From Octopus sinensis (taxonomy: Eukaryota), in assembly GCF_006345805.1 (NCBI RefSeq), contig NC_042998.1, positions 66,774,001 to 66,838,000 on the forward strand: a stretch of DNA of 64,000 bases. Direction: 5' to 3'. The position numbers and the translations under genes are program-made. This document shows positions 51,258 to 64,000 of the stretch, piece after piece. Position 1 is the stretch's first letter. Every line of letters starts with the position of its first letter. The notes beneath the pieces are model-generated. The model saw only the letters and a list, made by a program, of their open reading frames with translations. It was not told the origin of the DNA and did not search any database.

Positions 51258-52315
51258 CGTTAAGCCAAAGAATTGCTCAATACTGTTTCTAGCGCACATA
51301 TTTATTGACTTTTAAAATGAAAAGTTAACTGAGGTTTTAGCTTGCTCATCCTTATTAGACTGTTCTTTTCTTGGGTTCTTTCGGGATCTATATAGTCTTT
51401 AGTAAGTAGCTTTCGGCATTACGTAGAGCTGTGTAAATGGTACTTAGTAATTTATGTAGGGCGAAGAAATATATGTGTAGGAAGGGTAGAAAGAGGAAGC
51501 AGGATTTTATATGTTGCTAGGATGTAGCTTGATAGAAAGCTGTGGTTAGGTGATTTATTTTGACTTGGTATAGGTCTTTTGTTATTGCTTAAGTGTCAGT
51601 CAGGCAAGGAAATTAAAGTGTAAATAAATGTGTCAAATTATTTCTACACATTATAAGGTTCTATCAGCCAACACTAACAAGGATATGCTTTAATCCAATC
51701 AGCTTCTCCCCGCCACTCCTTATTCACAACTACCCCGGGTGCCTATGCCACACATAGTTTTCCACCTTCACATACGATGGTTGAAATTTCTTAAGAGAAT
51801 CACTCTCTTCCATCAGCTCAGTGTGCTCTCTGCCTAATGTTTGTGACCAAAGAGAGACTACTCCGCCTGGAAAGAGGGCGCTGCAAACTGATCTAGGTGT
51901 ATTTACAACATTGTCAACAACGAGAAATTTTCTCCATGACAAAATACAATGAATGACTTGTTTATTAATTCAAACGTGCTAGAAGCATATTCGAACGTTG
52001 CACTTATACATATCCCCTCTTAGCGCTCCTACTTAGAAATAAAGAAGTTTGATGAAGGCGAACAAACCGAAATTTCGAAGACGTTTTCAACCTTTCCATA
52101 GTAAAAAGTTACTTAATATGTATGAATGTATGTATGTGTGTATGTATGTATGTATGTATTTGTGTGTGTGTGCACGTACACAAACATACATATCTGCATA
52201 CATATATACACATTCGCACATACATGCATACATACATGCATCTGTATTAATATCTGTAACGTGTGTCAATATGTACTCATGTGTATACACACATACACTT
52301 ATGTATATATATATA

Positions 52316-52360
<45 letters not shown>

Positions 52361-52399
52361 AAAAAAGGTTTGAAAATGCAATTTAAACGATGTTTATTT

Positions 52400-52440
52400 A
52401 CTTAACCGGTTTCACTCTTTGGTAAAAGATTGTCAAAAGT
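52400..52440 (-). ncRNA. Degenerate hammerhead motif in a repeat related to 16150-16250
   Basis: actt-TTGACAA-tcttttaccaaagagt-GAAA-ccgg-TT-aagt. Confidence 0.45.
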
Positions 52441-52454
52441 TACATTTAAGGAAA

Positions 52455-52590
52455 CATTGAATAATATGGGTTCAAAAAAAGTTTTTTACATAATTGTCAC
52501 ATTGAATATTATGCATTCAAAAAAGTTTTTACGTAATTGTCACGTTGGATATTATGAATTCAAAAATGTTTTTTTATACATAATTGTCAC
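52455..52590. repeat. ~44-bp minisatellite, about 3 copies
   Basis: cattgaatattatgcattcaaaaaagtttttacataattgtca repeated. Confidence 0.8.
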
Positions 52591-53029
52591 ATTACATGTA
52601 TAAATATAGCGTTTGGTAACAGAGAAGTTCAATAGTGTGATGAGAATATTTGGGAAAATTTGGCAGAAAAGGATAAAACAAATATATTATTGGGAATTGG
52701 TTGCGTTAATTATTGGTTGTCGCAAATTGTCACATTACATGTATATATATACAATCTTTGGTATATATATACAGCCTTTTGACAGCAAAAATTAAAATGG
52801 ATTTTTTATACATCTCAGAATATTTTAAGTACAAGGCGAGAATATGTTTTTACTGACCTGTCGGTATTAGCAGAAAGGCTGAACTGAGAGAACAGAGGAA
52901 GTAGCCAATGTGGTGTATACTTCCCCTTTATGCATGAATGATTTTGGGGTTATCAGGAGTTTAGTATGCGGGTGTGAATAGATGTGTCCGTGCCCGCTGG
53001 TCAGATAGCGTCTGTTTGTCACACACATA

Positions 53030-54158
53030 TATACACAACCACCCACACACACACACAACAAACCACACACACACACACATAGTAACAAACACACCCCACA
53101 TACAAACAACACACACCACACACACAGAAACACACACACCCACACAACGCACCCACATTATCACATATACACACAGCACACAAATATAATATGTATCTAT
53201 AATAACATACACAGATATATAACACACATACACCACAACAACACACCACACACACACCACACAAAACACGCACACATACATACATAATATAAATATCACA
53301 CAAATACACCTAGCAATATATATACACACATACAATACACACATACAGCATGTAAGTAATATACATACACAATATATGCATGCAATATACATACGCAGTA
53401 CATACATATAATATATATATATAGACAATGCATATACATATATACACATATACATAAAAATAGTGTTTACATACACATACATAGATGTACCACATATACA
53501 CACAATACACATAATACAACGCATACACATACACGTACGCATACATATAATATATATATTACACACACACAAATAACATACATACACAATGTATACATAT
53601 ATATACACGCAATGCACATACTGTATTCATGCATATATAGCACACCTACAATATACATATATACAATGCACACATACACACCATATATACACTTAATTGT
53701 ACACATACATATACAATACACATACATACAATAACTAACACACATGCGCATGCAAATAATGTACATGTTTATACACACGTAAACAAGCAACAATATACAC
53801 ACACACATACATAATATACACATATATATATATATATAAACACATACATACATACATACATGCACATACATATATTTTTTCACACGCATACATATATATA
53901 TATATATAAAAAATTCACCCCCCCACACACAAATTACAAACCTATAGCGTACACACTCAAATATATCTCTACATGCCGTCACACACACACAAACAAAGTA
54001 CTAACATATACAACATACCATGCAATACACACACAACACACACACACACACACACACACATATATCATATATATATATATATATATATATATAAACAAAT
54101 ACACATGTAAATACATACATACGTACACAATGCTCACACACACACACACATATATATA

Positions 54159-54201
<43 letters not shown>

Positions 54202-54205
54202 ATAT

Positions 54206-54253
<48 letters not shown>

Positions 54254-54290
54254 TATATGTATGTATGTATATATATATATATGTACGCAA
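53030..54290. repeat. ~1.25-kb degenerate (CA)/(TA) low-complexity tract
   Basis: Seen directly; source of the C/V/Y-rich spurious ORFs. Confidence 0.9.
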
Positions 54291-54475
54291 GCACATTTGA
54301 AACAAGTAGTAATCACGTCTCTGGTCGCGTATATTGATTGTGTACACTGCAGTATGATTGTGAGAATACAGCAAGCATTCGCAGATGTTAGAGTCTGCAG
54401 TTGGTGTGAATATTTAAATTTTCCTGACAAATGAAAGAATATATAATGAGTAATGTGTCGAGAGTGATAGAAAGG

Positions 54476-54514
<39 letters not shown>

Positions 54515-54704
54515 GAGAGACAGAAGGAGGAGAACAGGAAAGGATATGACATTGGTGTCAGAGACATTTCAGTTAACTGGGATGGGAAAATATGCTGTTG
54601 TTGAAAAAAAGCGGAAGAATACATACATACATATATATATATATATACATACACACATATATGCATACAAACTCGTGTGTATGCGTGCGTGTGTGTCTAA
54701 CATG

Positions 54705-54737
<33 letters not shown>

Positions 54738-55559
54738 TACACACATATATATATGTGTATATATGTGTGCTTAAATATAACTATGTATGCGTGTGAAGGT
54801 TTTCTGTACATATGCTGTATGAAAGTGCATGTATTCTCTTTGTTTCGATGTAAACCATTTCAGTTTCGTGTGGCAACACATAAACAAATATAATATACAC
54901 AGGAGTTTATGTATTCGTATTTTTATTCTTGTGTTCTTTAATTTTTGTGTGTAAATTTTTGTTTCGTTTTCATAACGGACAAGGTCATACTGATACTTTA
55001 TTATGAATGTATTTAACAACTATCATATAAATAACCGTGTTTCCCTTTTTAACGATGTGTTTATGAATGCTTATTTATGTATATGTGAAAACACGCGTGA
55101 AATTATATTTCCATATCTAAAAAACACATTTATTTCAAGTAAAACAACGAAAGTAATTAAAGATTTACTGTGAGACAGCTACATCTCACTTACACACATA
55201 TTTATAAATGAACATTTTGTATGTATGTATTTATGTCATTATTTAGTTTTATTTTAAGATTTCTTGCCAATGGAAAATGAGCTGGTTTCTAACCTTGACC
55301 CAATGCGTCTTCATTGGAATTTCATTTTCAAGAACAGGTATTTCTGTTTGTATGTATGTATATATGTCCGTATATGTGCAGATTTGTAAGTTTTGTTTCA
55401 TGTTTGTCTTCTCGTGCATATACCTGCATCTTCAGACATGCTCATATATACTTAGATGATAAACTTCTGGAAAGTTATACAGATTGTTATAGTTTCCTTG
55501 ATGGATTCCATCTGTATCTCCTTTCCCATATTGAGATGCCTAATTTCTCAAGATTAAGT

Positions 55560-56110
55560 GTTTGGGCAGTGCTTTACACCTCCCAGATATAAACCTGAAA
55601 TTGTAACCTGGTTAGAGTAACTGCAAATTTCTCAATAGTGTATTTTCTTTTTAGCTGATCTTCAGATTTATGCTAACATCAACTGGACAGCTCATTTTTA
55701 CAACTGCACGCAGTTTCTCTCCTCTATCCCAAATCATGATGTCAGGGCTATTGAGGTTTTCACTGGGACATTCCACCGATGCTCCTTTTTGTTATGAGTG
55801 GCTATGTCTTCCACCATACAATGGGTTCTTACTTCTCTATCCCCAGGATTGTCCTTCCGACTGATCTCGTTATGCAGTGTTCTAGCTAGAACATCAGGTC
55901 TCATCGGTAGATAATACCGGGATAACATTTTCGGACAACTGCTTATGATGAAGGTGATATCTTCGGTGTTAACTCCACAAAGTCTGCATCGGTTGTAACA
56001 TGTCAAAATGGAAAGTAGTAATCCGTTTGTTGGTTCAGGATAAACTGCTTTCATGATCAATGTTACTCTCGTCTGGGAGTTTTCTATTAACATATCCATG
56101 CAGGTTCTTC
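55560..56110 (-). mobile_element. Decayed RLE-type (R4/NeSL-like) LINE C-terminal fragment
   Basis: RCRLCGVNTEDITFIISSCPKMLSRYYLPMRPDV..RWNVPVKTSI; a related tail probably lies at 28690-28895. Confidence 0.65.
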
Positions 56111-56443
56111 TGCTGATATTCGGTCAACCTTTTATTTAATGATACTTTGTAGTAAAATCCTGCGACTTCTTTGCGCATGTATTTAAGATTATCAGACAAG
56201 GACTGCTGCTCAAGGAGTTGCTTTCACGTTTTATGATGTTATCAGCCACATGTATACAAACTTGATCAAGGAATGCGCTTCAACACTTAATGCTTAGTAG
56301 ATTGAAAGACAGATATATGTCTATAAATGCACACACACACACACACACACACACAATGTATGTACGTGTGTATATAAGTATGTGTATATGTTTGTATGTA
56401 TGTATGTATTTATGCATATATATATGTGTGTGTGAAGTCTTAA

Positions 56444-56736
56444 TGGCCCAGTGGTTAGGGCACCGGACTCGCGATTTTAGGATCGCGGTTTCGATTCCCA
56501 GACCGTGCGTTGTTAGTGTTTATTGAGGAAAAACACCTAAAGCTCCACGACGCTCCACCAGAGGGTGGTGGCGATCCCTGCTGTACTCTTTCGCCACGAC
56601 TTCCTCTTGCTCTTTCTTTTGCTGGCCTGCTCGCTTAGCCAGCAAGGTGGCGTCATTTGATGGTTAAAACAATGCGAACCGCATTGTAACCAGCGGTGTG
56701 CAGCAACATTCTGATAGCCTGGTCGGTTATGGTGAT
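56444..56736 (+). mobile_element. Second-family tRNA-derived SINE, full length
   Basis: tggcccagtggttagggcaccggactcgcg..ggtttcgattccc (A/B boxes); own tail ..gatagcctggtcggttatggtgat. Confidence 0.8.
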
Positions 56737-56846
56737 ATATATAAATATATAAATATATACATATATATATATATATATATAATCTATTATATATATGTAT
56801 ATATATTATATATATTATATTATATATATAATATATTATATATATT

Positions 56847-56877
<31 letters not shown>

Positions 56878-58462
56878 CTATATATATACTATATTACATA
56901 TTTTTTCGGGTGAAAATACTTCTGTTTAGGGCATTATTCATAGGTTCCAAGCTATTTTAATCATACTTTATTAAGGGATATTTTTCATTCCCGTATGAAT
57001 ACATATAAATAAAAATCCTAAGAAGAATCAAATTATTAGACGGAGTCCAATAAATGTCATCAAATAAATGGAATAGGTTTTGATGCTAATATGGATTATC
57101 TATATAATTTACCCAGACAGTTGTTGCTGTCCCAAAAGACCATATTTCTGGTATACAATTGACGAATAGGAATTTCAACAAAAGTGATATACATTATTAT
57201 ATTATTTCATTTGGAACTCATCTCTGGATAATATTTTAATATTTTGATGCTTAAAATTAGTTCCTTTAGTTGTCTTTTTTGTGATCATTTTGTATTGATT
57301 TCGTTTTTTAATTTATTCCTTTCACTCGCCAAATCAAACTGAATCTTACAAGCGTAACTTTCTTTGTATTCAGTACTTTTCGTTTTTTTTATTATCTGCT
57401 CATTACTCCCTCCCTATATATCTAATTAAAGCATCGCCTTCTATTCTCCCTTATATGCTGGTCAAAAAAGCATGCATATGTACGTCTTGAAATATCATAT
57501 AAGGAGTTATATATTTTTTAAAGATATCCCATTAGACATATTGGTAACTACCGTTTATTCATATACACTTTTAACCCCGTGTTTAGTTATAAACTACAAT
57601 ATAATATCCATCAATCGTCTAACCTGTTCTTCACAAGTAATAAATTCAATTAATTCGTAAAACTATTATTTGATTACAGGAATTATATTTAAATCAATAG
57701 CTTGGTGTATTTATTTAAATATATCGTCCATTTAGCCGTTGTATTGATGTAAATATATATATTTATTTATATATATATATTCAATTCTATGATTCTAAGC
57801 CTACTTTTCGAATAAGTATATTCCTTTCTTAACTGACACAAACCTAATATACTTACTTATTTTGTCGTCATAATATACGCTTACATAAAATGATGTATTT
57901 ATTGTTTTATTCGTTTACTTGTTTCAGTCATTTTGACTGCGGCCATGCTGGAGTATCGCCTTTAGCAGGGCAAACGCGTGTAGTTATCTGACTTTATTTT
58001 TTTGTTTTTTAATTGTGTCTGGGGAGAGTCATTCACTTTTAGTGCCTTATGAATTTATAACAATCACCGATCCGATTACCGTCCATTTACTTACTTATTT
58101 TTACAAAAATTTTCGTTGCAGGACGCATAACACTGTCCGTTATCGGAACTGCGTTCTGTTTTGTTTGTTTGTGTGTCTTAGTGTATTTGTCTGCGTGTGC
58201 TTCTGTTCATATCTGTGTTTCTATGTGTGTGTATCTTTATGTGGGTGTGTGTGTCTGTGTATGGGTTTCTGCGACTATGTATATGCTTCTCTTATGTATG
58301 GATGTACGCCTCCATATGTGCCCTTGTGTAAAGTGTGCGCTTCAGTCTTTATTTGTATCTATATATGTATGTATGTAATATGTATGTGTGTATGAGTGCA
58401 TGTGCCTGTCTGTCCATATACGTAAACATTTACCTACACATAGATACATATACTATACTTAT

Positions 58463-58517
<55 letters not shown>

Positions 58518-59719
58518 ATATTTATATATATATATATATATATATACCTAATATAATATATATATATATACTATTTATTTATATACATACATACGCACAC
58601 AAACACGCCTACGCAACGGCCTACTAACAACAATGTCTGTGTATATATAAACTGTGGGTGTTGAGGTATGACACCTATGTATATTTCCTATTTAGCCCTG
58701 GGTACGTTTCATTAATGAGGACGAACTCTCATACTTGTCTGAATGTTGGGTCCTGCGGGTGCTTAGGTTAAATTTTGTTAAATACTCTCCCTTATTTATT
58801 CACTATTAACCACATTTAGACCCATTCACTTTTATAACCATAAAATTGTATCCTTTTCCTGTCGTCATAACTACCAACATACTTGCAATAACAACATGCT
58901 TTATAATCGAACCACATGAAACCGAGTCTATTAAGTGAAATTTCTTTTTAGAAAGGCACCTAAAGTAACATATCTTCCCTGAAGGATTCAACACAACCTG
59001 TTGTATAGTATAATACCCGCTAGTGACCGATGCAAAATGGTCGAAACGACTGTTGTGATGAATAGAGATGCTCATGAATTTTATTTTCTGCTTCCAGATG
59101 ACATCAGGTTGCCATAGAGAGCGAAGGTGGTTTAATCAGCAAACAACTAGGTCTCTGCCCAAAGTTTAAGTATATATACCTATATATATATATATATATA
59201 TATACATACGTATATATGTATATATATATGTATATATGTATGTATATGTATATATGTTGATAGTATATATATATATATGTATACATACATAAATAAATAA
59301 ATATATATATATATATATATATATCGTCAGTGTTGCTTCTTCAAAATGTTAATAAGAATATACATATACTCATATTTTGAGTTCTATCTTTCCTGTTTGC
59401 TCCAACATACCTATATGTAATATAGATATAACTGACTAGCACATTTCATAACTTCAAAGTATGAATGCAAAGACCCATTTGCTCGCTAGGATGTAATGAC
59501 CTGACTATTGTATTATCAGACTAATTTAAAAGGCTTTTCACGCAAGGAAAATGTTTATTAAACCTTATTAGATATCAAAGATATTAATTCACGAGGACGG
59601 AGACTCTTTTTTGACCAGTCTATCGATAGTTGCACCGAAATATTAATATCTGGAAAGCCATATTTTACAATCAAACGCCATCAAGTTTAGTCGGACCAAA
59701 GTGCGAGTTATCGTTCTAA

Positions 59720-59905
59720 AGCCTTGTTTGTCTCTTCACCATCGCTTGACAATCGATGGTCGTGTGTTTATGTCCCCGTTACTTAGACCTATAAGATAAC
59801 TGCTAGGCACGCAAAGAATAAGTCCTGAGGTCGATTTCTTCGACTAAAGGCGCTGTTCCAGCATGGCCGCAGTCAAATGAGTGAAACAAATAAGAGTAAA
59901 AGATA
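59720..59905 (+). mobile_element. Major SINE 3' half
   Basis: gcttgacaatcgatggt..ccagcatggccgcagtcaaatgagtgaaacaa. Confidence 0.8.
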
Positions 59906-60052
59906 TATATATATATATATATTTGTGTATGTAAATATATGTGTATATATGTATATATACATATGTACATATATATGTATATATATATATATAGCAAATA
60001 ACAAGAATATCAAGATATATATGATATACACACACACATACACACACACACA

Positions 60053-60106
<54 letters not shown>

Positions 60107-60261
60107 ATATATATATATATATAAGCAGCAAAGTTATGAGAAGAACTGGTATCCAGAATACCCTGGGTGGTAACGCTATGTAAGTGCTATGGAAGGACCG
60201 TAGTTAAACTCTCAGTTCGATAATGATACGAGTGAAGAGTATAATGCGGGTCTTGTATGAG

Positions 60262-60720
60262 CATGTATATGTTAAATAAAATGAAAGAACAAAGCCAAGG
60301 CTGTGTGGAGTTTTCAGGACGTTTATGAAGAGAAAATTAGTCTTACAACCGTTCCTGGAATACCAGGGATATCCCTTCAACAGAGACGATGTGAGATGTT
60401 TAAATAGAGGGAAATATTAGAGTTCAATATAGGAGTTATTTTAGAAAAGGAAGCAAATAAGAAGTATATAAGGAAACAGGAAAGTGAATGTAGAAATAAG
60501 AATAAAGATGTTATAGTTGCAGTCCATTATCCAAGAAAAGTGGTAGAAATGCTTCCTGTGCGTTGTATGTAAATTCCAGTAGTTCATATTTTGTCATCAC
60601 ATTGTCTCTGAGGAAAGGATATCCCTAATAACAGCTGTAGGACTAAGTTTCTCTTTATAAATGTCCTGAAAACTCCACACAGCCTTGGCTTTGTTGTCTC
60701 ATTGTATTTCACATATATGT
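60262..60720. mobile_element. Inverted pair of ~125-bp pLTR-like repeats, each with a decayed hammerhead
   Basis: 60262-60394 and 60594-60720 are reverse-complement homologues; HHR motifs at 60340-60387 (-) and 60604-60643 (+). Confidence 0.65.
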
Positions 60721-60843
60721 ATGTATGTATGTATGTATGCATATATGCATGTATTATGTGTGTATGTATGTATGTATGCATGTATTGTGTGTGTATGTAT
60801 GTATGCATGCATGTATGTATGAATGAATGTATGTAGGTATGTA

Positions 60844-60926
<83 letters not shown>

Positions 60927-61749
60927 TATCCTAAATACACTCGAAATATTATTACATATTTCGCAATTTAAATGATCATCACTCATAGACTTCTCAACAC
61001 CGCTAACACTATGTCGTCACAGAAGCATCAAATACTTTTAGTGAAGTCCTCTACTGAAGCAGATTTAAATATATGATCTCATGCTCGTAATGCACATTTT
61101 GAGCATCTGCGTAAATAAATTATTAAACATACATCAATTTAATACCTTTTCCAATTCTCTGCACAGGTCAAGAATGTTACCCTCACAACAAAATTTACCG
61201 ACATTTTTTTATAAATCGCCATTGATCCCATTATTCCTATATTTATCTGAAACCCATTCGTTTATAATCTCTCAAATCCGCGTAAAATAAAAACAAATAT
61301 TTATCTTCAATTTTTTCACATTACAAATTTTAGAGCTATGGGTGCAGATTATCTATGCAGAGAGAACATTCCAGAGCATATATGTGAATGTTCCTTTCTA
61401 GTATAGATATTATTGTCACATCACGCCTTTCTAAGTTCTACTTGAGCAACAAATCTACGCCTGGCAGCCACATCCGGAAATTGAAAGGTAAATACGTACT
61501 TTACAAACTGAACTGAGAAAATATCATATCGGTAACCGAATCTATTCTGGGAATAAGCAACTGTATGACCTTTACTGTACCGATAGTTTGTAACTAAATT
61601 TCATCTATTGCCTTATTTTTCATACACACCCCAATAAAGTGCACCTGAGAACTGTATACAATTCTTTCATTATTATATTTATATTAAAGTTCCATTTGTA
61701 TACATAAGATATTTAAATCTTATAAACATACTAAAACACTAATTAATAT

Positions 61750-62392
61750 ATTGTGCATCACTGTCAACACATTATATTCGAATTCACACCTCATTTTACA
61801 ATATTTACAACATCATTCATCTATTACATGAGTTCAAATCATTGATTCCCTTAAATTTTTCCTAGGCATTACATATGTTAAATAAATAAACTTCTGTTTA
61901 CCACATAAATTCCAACCTCTTGTTTTCATGCCTTACTTATTTTTCAAAAACACATCATCTACACCCCGACATGCTGAATGTATTGTTTCTCAAATTTAGA
62001 TCGATTGGCTATAACAGATCAATTTCTCAGATTCATAATGTAGGATGTATTGGATTATATCATCACATATCACCATATTTAAATATATAGTGATACGTGA
62101 TGATTCTCTTCGCATTAAATAAATATATTATGAATAATCTCCACCACGAGCTCTTTAATTTAATAAGATATCAGTCTTGATTGTTTATTTTCTTTAAAAG
62201 TATTTCGTTATGATAATTTTTGTTAGAAGTTTACACAAATTAAAGTGCTGTTTGTAAATATTCTACTTATTATTGAATAATATATATTTTAATGTACTAA
62301 ATGGTGATAGTTACTTCAAAGTTTAATTGTAACGGATTCGTCCAAAATGTTTGATACTAACGTGCATGAGAGAAACACACAAACACACAAAC

Positions 62393-62423
<31 letters not shown>

Positions 62424-63100
62424 AACACACAACACACACACATGTGTACATACACACAAATACACATACACACAAGTAATATATACACACACGTGTATAT
62501 GTATTCATTGTTTCATACGCCTTTCAGATTCATGACATTATTTTAATTAGATTTAACTCCTGTATCGCTAAAGAGTCTTCTTGATCTTATAATATACATT
62601 CTATATTCTTCTAGATTTCAATTAACAGATATTCTTTCATCACACCTCAGCTACATTTCCTTAATCAAAATCATCTTCATACTACGTAGCATATACTAAT
62701 TTAACCTGGTTCATCATATTACATATTAAGATTAATTAATGTTTCCTCAATATTAAATTTAATTAATTAATATTTCTCCATTCTCAACCGATTACATATG
62801 CATAAATTTAATGCAATAGGTTTTCACAACCATCTCTTCAAGTAATTTAGTATTGTATAATGCAGTATCTTGATTTCTTTAATATTAATTTCTTTATAAT
62901 TCCGTTTTAAAATATTAAGTCTTGTAGATTTTAATTAACGCTCTTCATTCCAATTTTCAATATGTCTCCTAATATATTTTCTACTACACTATCTTAGACT
63001 TACTTCCCGATTAAATTTTCTTTTATAACACTTTCCAATTCAATAATCTTTTTCATTCAAATTAAGCAACCCTGTCGATTAGATATTATGTTTATATATC
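61750..63100 (-). mobile_element. Highly decayed L1/Tx1-like ORF2 remnant (tentative)
   Basis: AT-rich, stop-riddled minus frames with faint C-terminal features (RGWNL.., a C..C pair); interrupted by (CA)n. Confidence 0.25.
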
Positions 63101-64000
63101 ATTGAAGTCTTTTCTTCTTTTTGTATTCTGTATTACATATTGTTGAAGATTTAAATTAATTAATGCCGTTTTACCATAGCTCACTTATACTTCCTTATTC
63201 AAGACATTCCTATTACTGCATCACATATGTTTATTTCACCTATTTAACGATATATGCAAAGTTAAAGTAATGAAGTATAAGTTTATTGATACCTCGTTAC
63301 TGTCAAAATCGAGTCGTACTGTAGCCGAATAGTGGTTGTTGCATGCAAACGAGTGACCGAGTTCATTCCTACGGAGTAACATTTTGGACAAATGTCCTTT
63401 TTTATAGCATCGTGATGACTGATAACTCGAGAGAGAAAATTGGGTAGGCTGAAATTTTGAAGATGCCAGGCAGTTTCATTATACCTGATATTCAAAAAGT
63501 GCAGCCTTGACAGGCACTGCGTTATGCTGATTCAGCGTGAGGAATACTCGGCCATTTACACATTAATTCAAGGGCGACTTAATTGAATACACACATCTGA
63601 ATACTCGAATTCGAAGGACAAAAATCCAGCAGCTCCACTTTTAGATGTACGTTAAAAAATACTTACCCACGATTAATCAAATACGACTGCCTTTAATTAA
63701 TCCTATTAAAATTGTCCCACCGATACATAAATAAGTTATATTCCTTGTAATCAAATGCTGACACATAAGTTCCATCACCTTTTTACTCTTAAAATTATTC
63801 ATTAACCTCGCGTATATATATCTGAATGATATATTTTTCTTTAATACTACCGTTGTTTCTTTATATCACGCTCTGTACATAAATGTATAATTTTGTTTGT
63901 ATCTACTATACAATTTTCATTTAACTTCTATTCGCACACTACAGGTGGCAAGTTGGCAGACTCTTCAGAGTGCGGGAATAAATGCTTTATTACCTTTCTT

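Noticed and set aside
52455-52590. Regularly spaced repeats that might suggest a CRISPR array (also 28184-28447)
   Set aside because: These are head-to-tail minisatellites without unique spacers, in eukaryotic DNA with no cas genes.

Overview
AT-rich, microsatellite-dense eukaryotic DNA. Its SINE families and repeat landscape match what I recall of an Octopus (coleoid cephalopod) genome; this assignment is inference. No intact host protein-coding gene can be supported, and most listed ORFs are microsatellite read-throughs or retrotransposon fragments. The window holds tRNA-derived SINEs of about three families, CR1-like LINE pieces, many 5'-truncated R4/Dong-like (restriction-like endonuclease) LINEs embedded in (TAA)n tracts, Penelope-like element (PLE) remnants, an ORF1-only L1/Tx1-like element and a small MITE. 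The strongest signal is a set of minimal type I hammerhead ribozyme (HHR) motifs, each family with its own palindromic stem-III motif. The best example is a very young tandem array of ~408-nt units at 25951-26993, with three intact HHRs, an inverted 5' arm and a 65-codon ORF crossing the cleavage site, which resembles a retrozyme or circRNA generator. A second, unrelated HHR-bearing array (322-371-nt period) lies at 49311-50220, and decayed HHRs of further families are scattered through the window.
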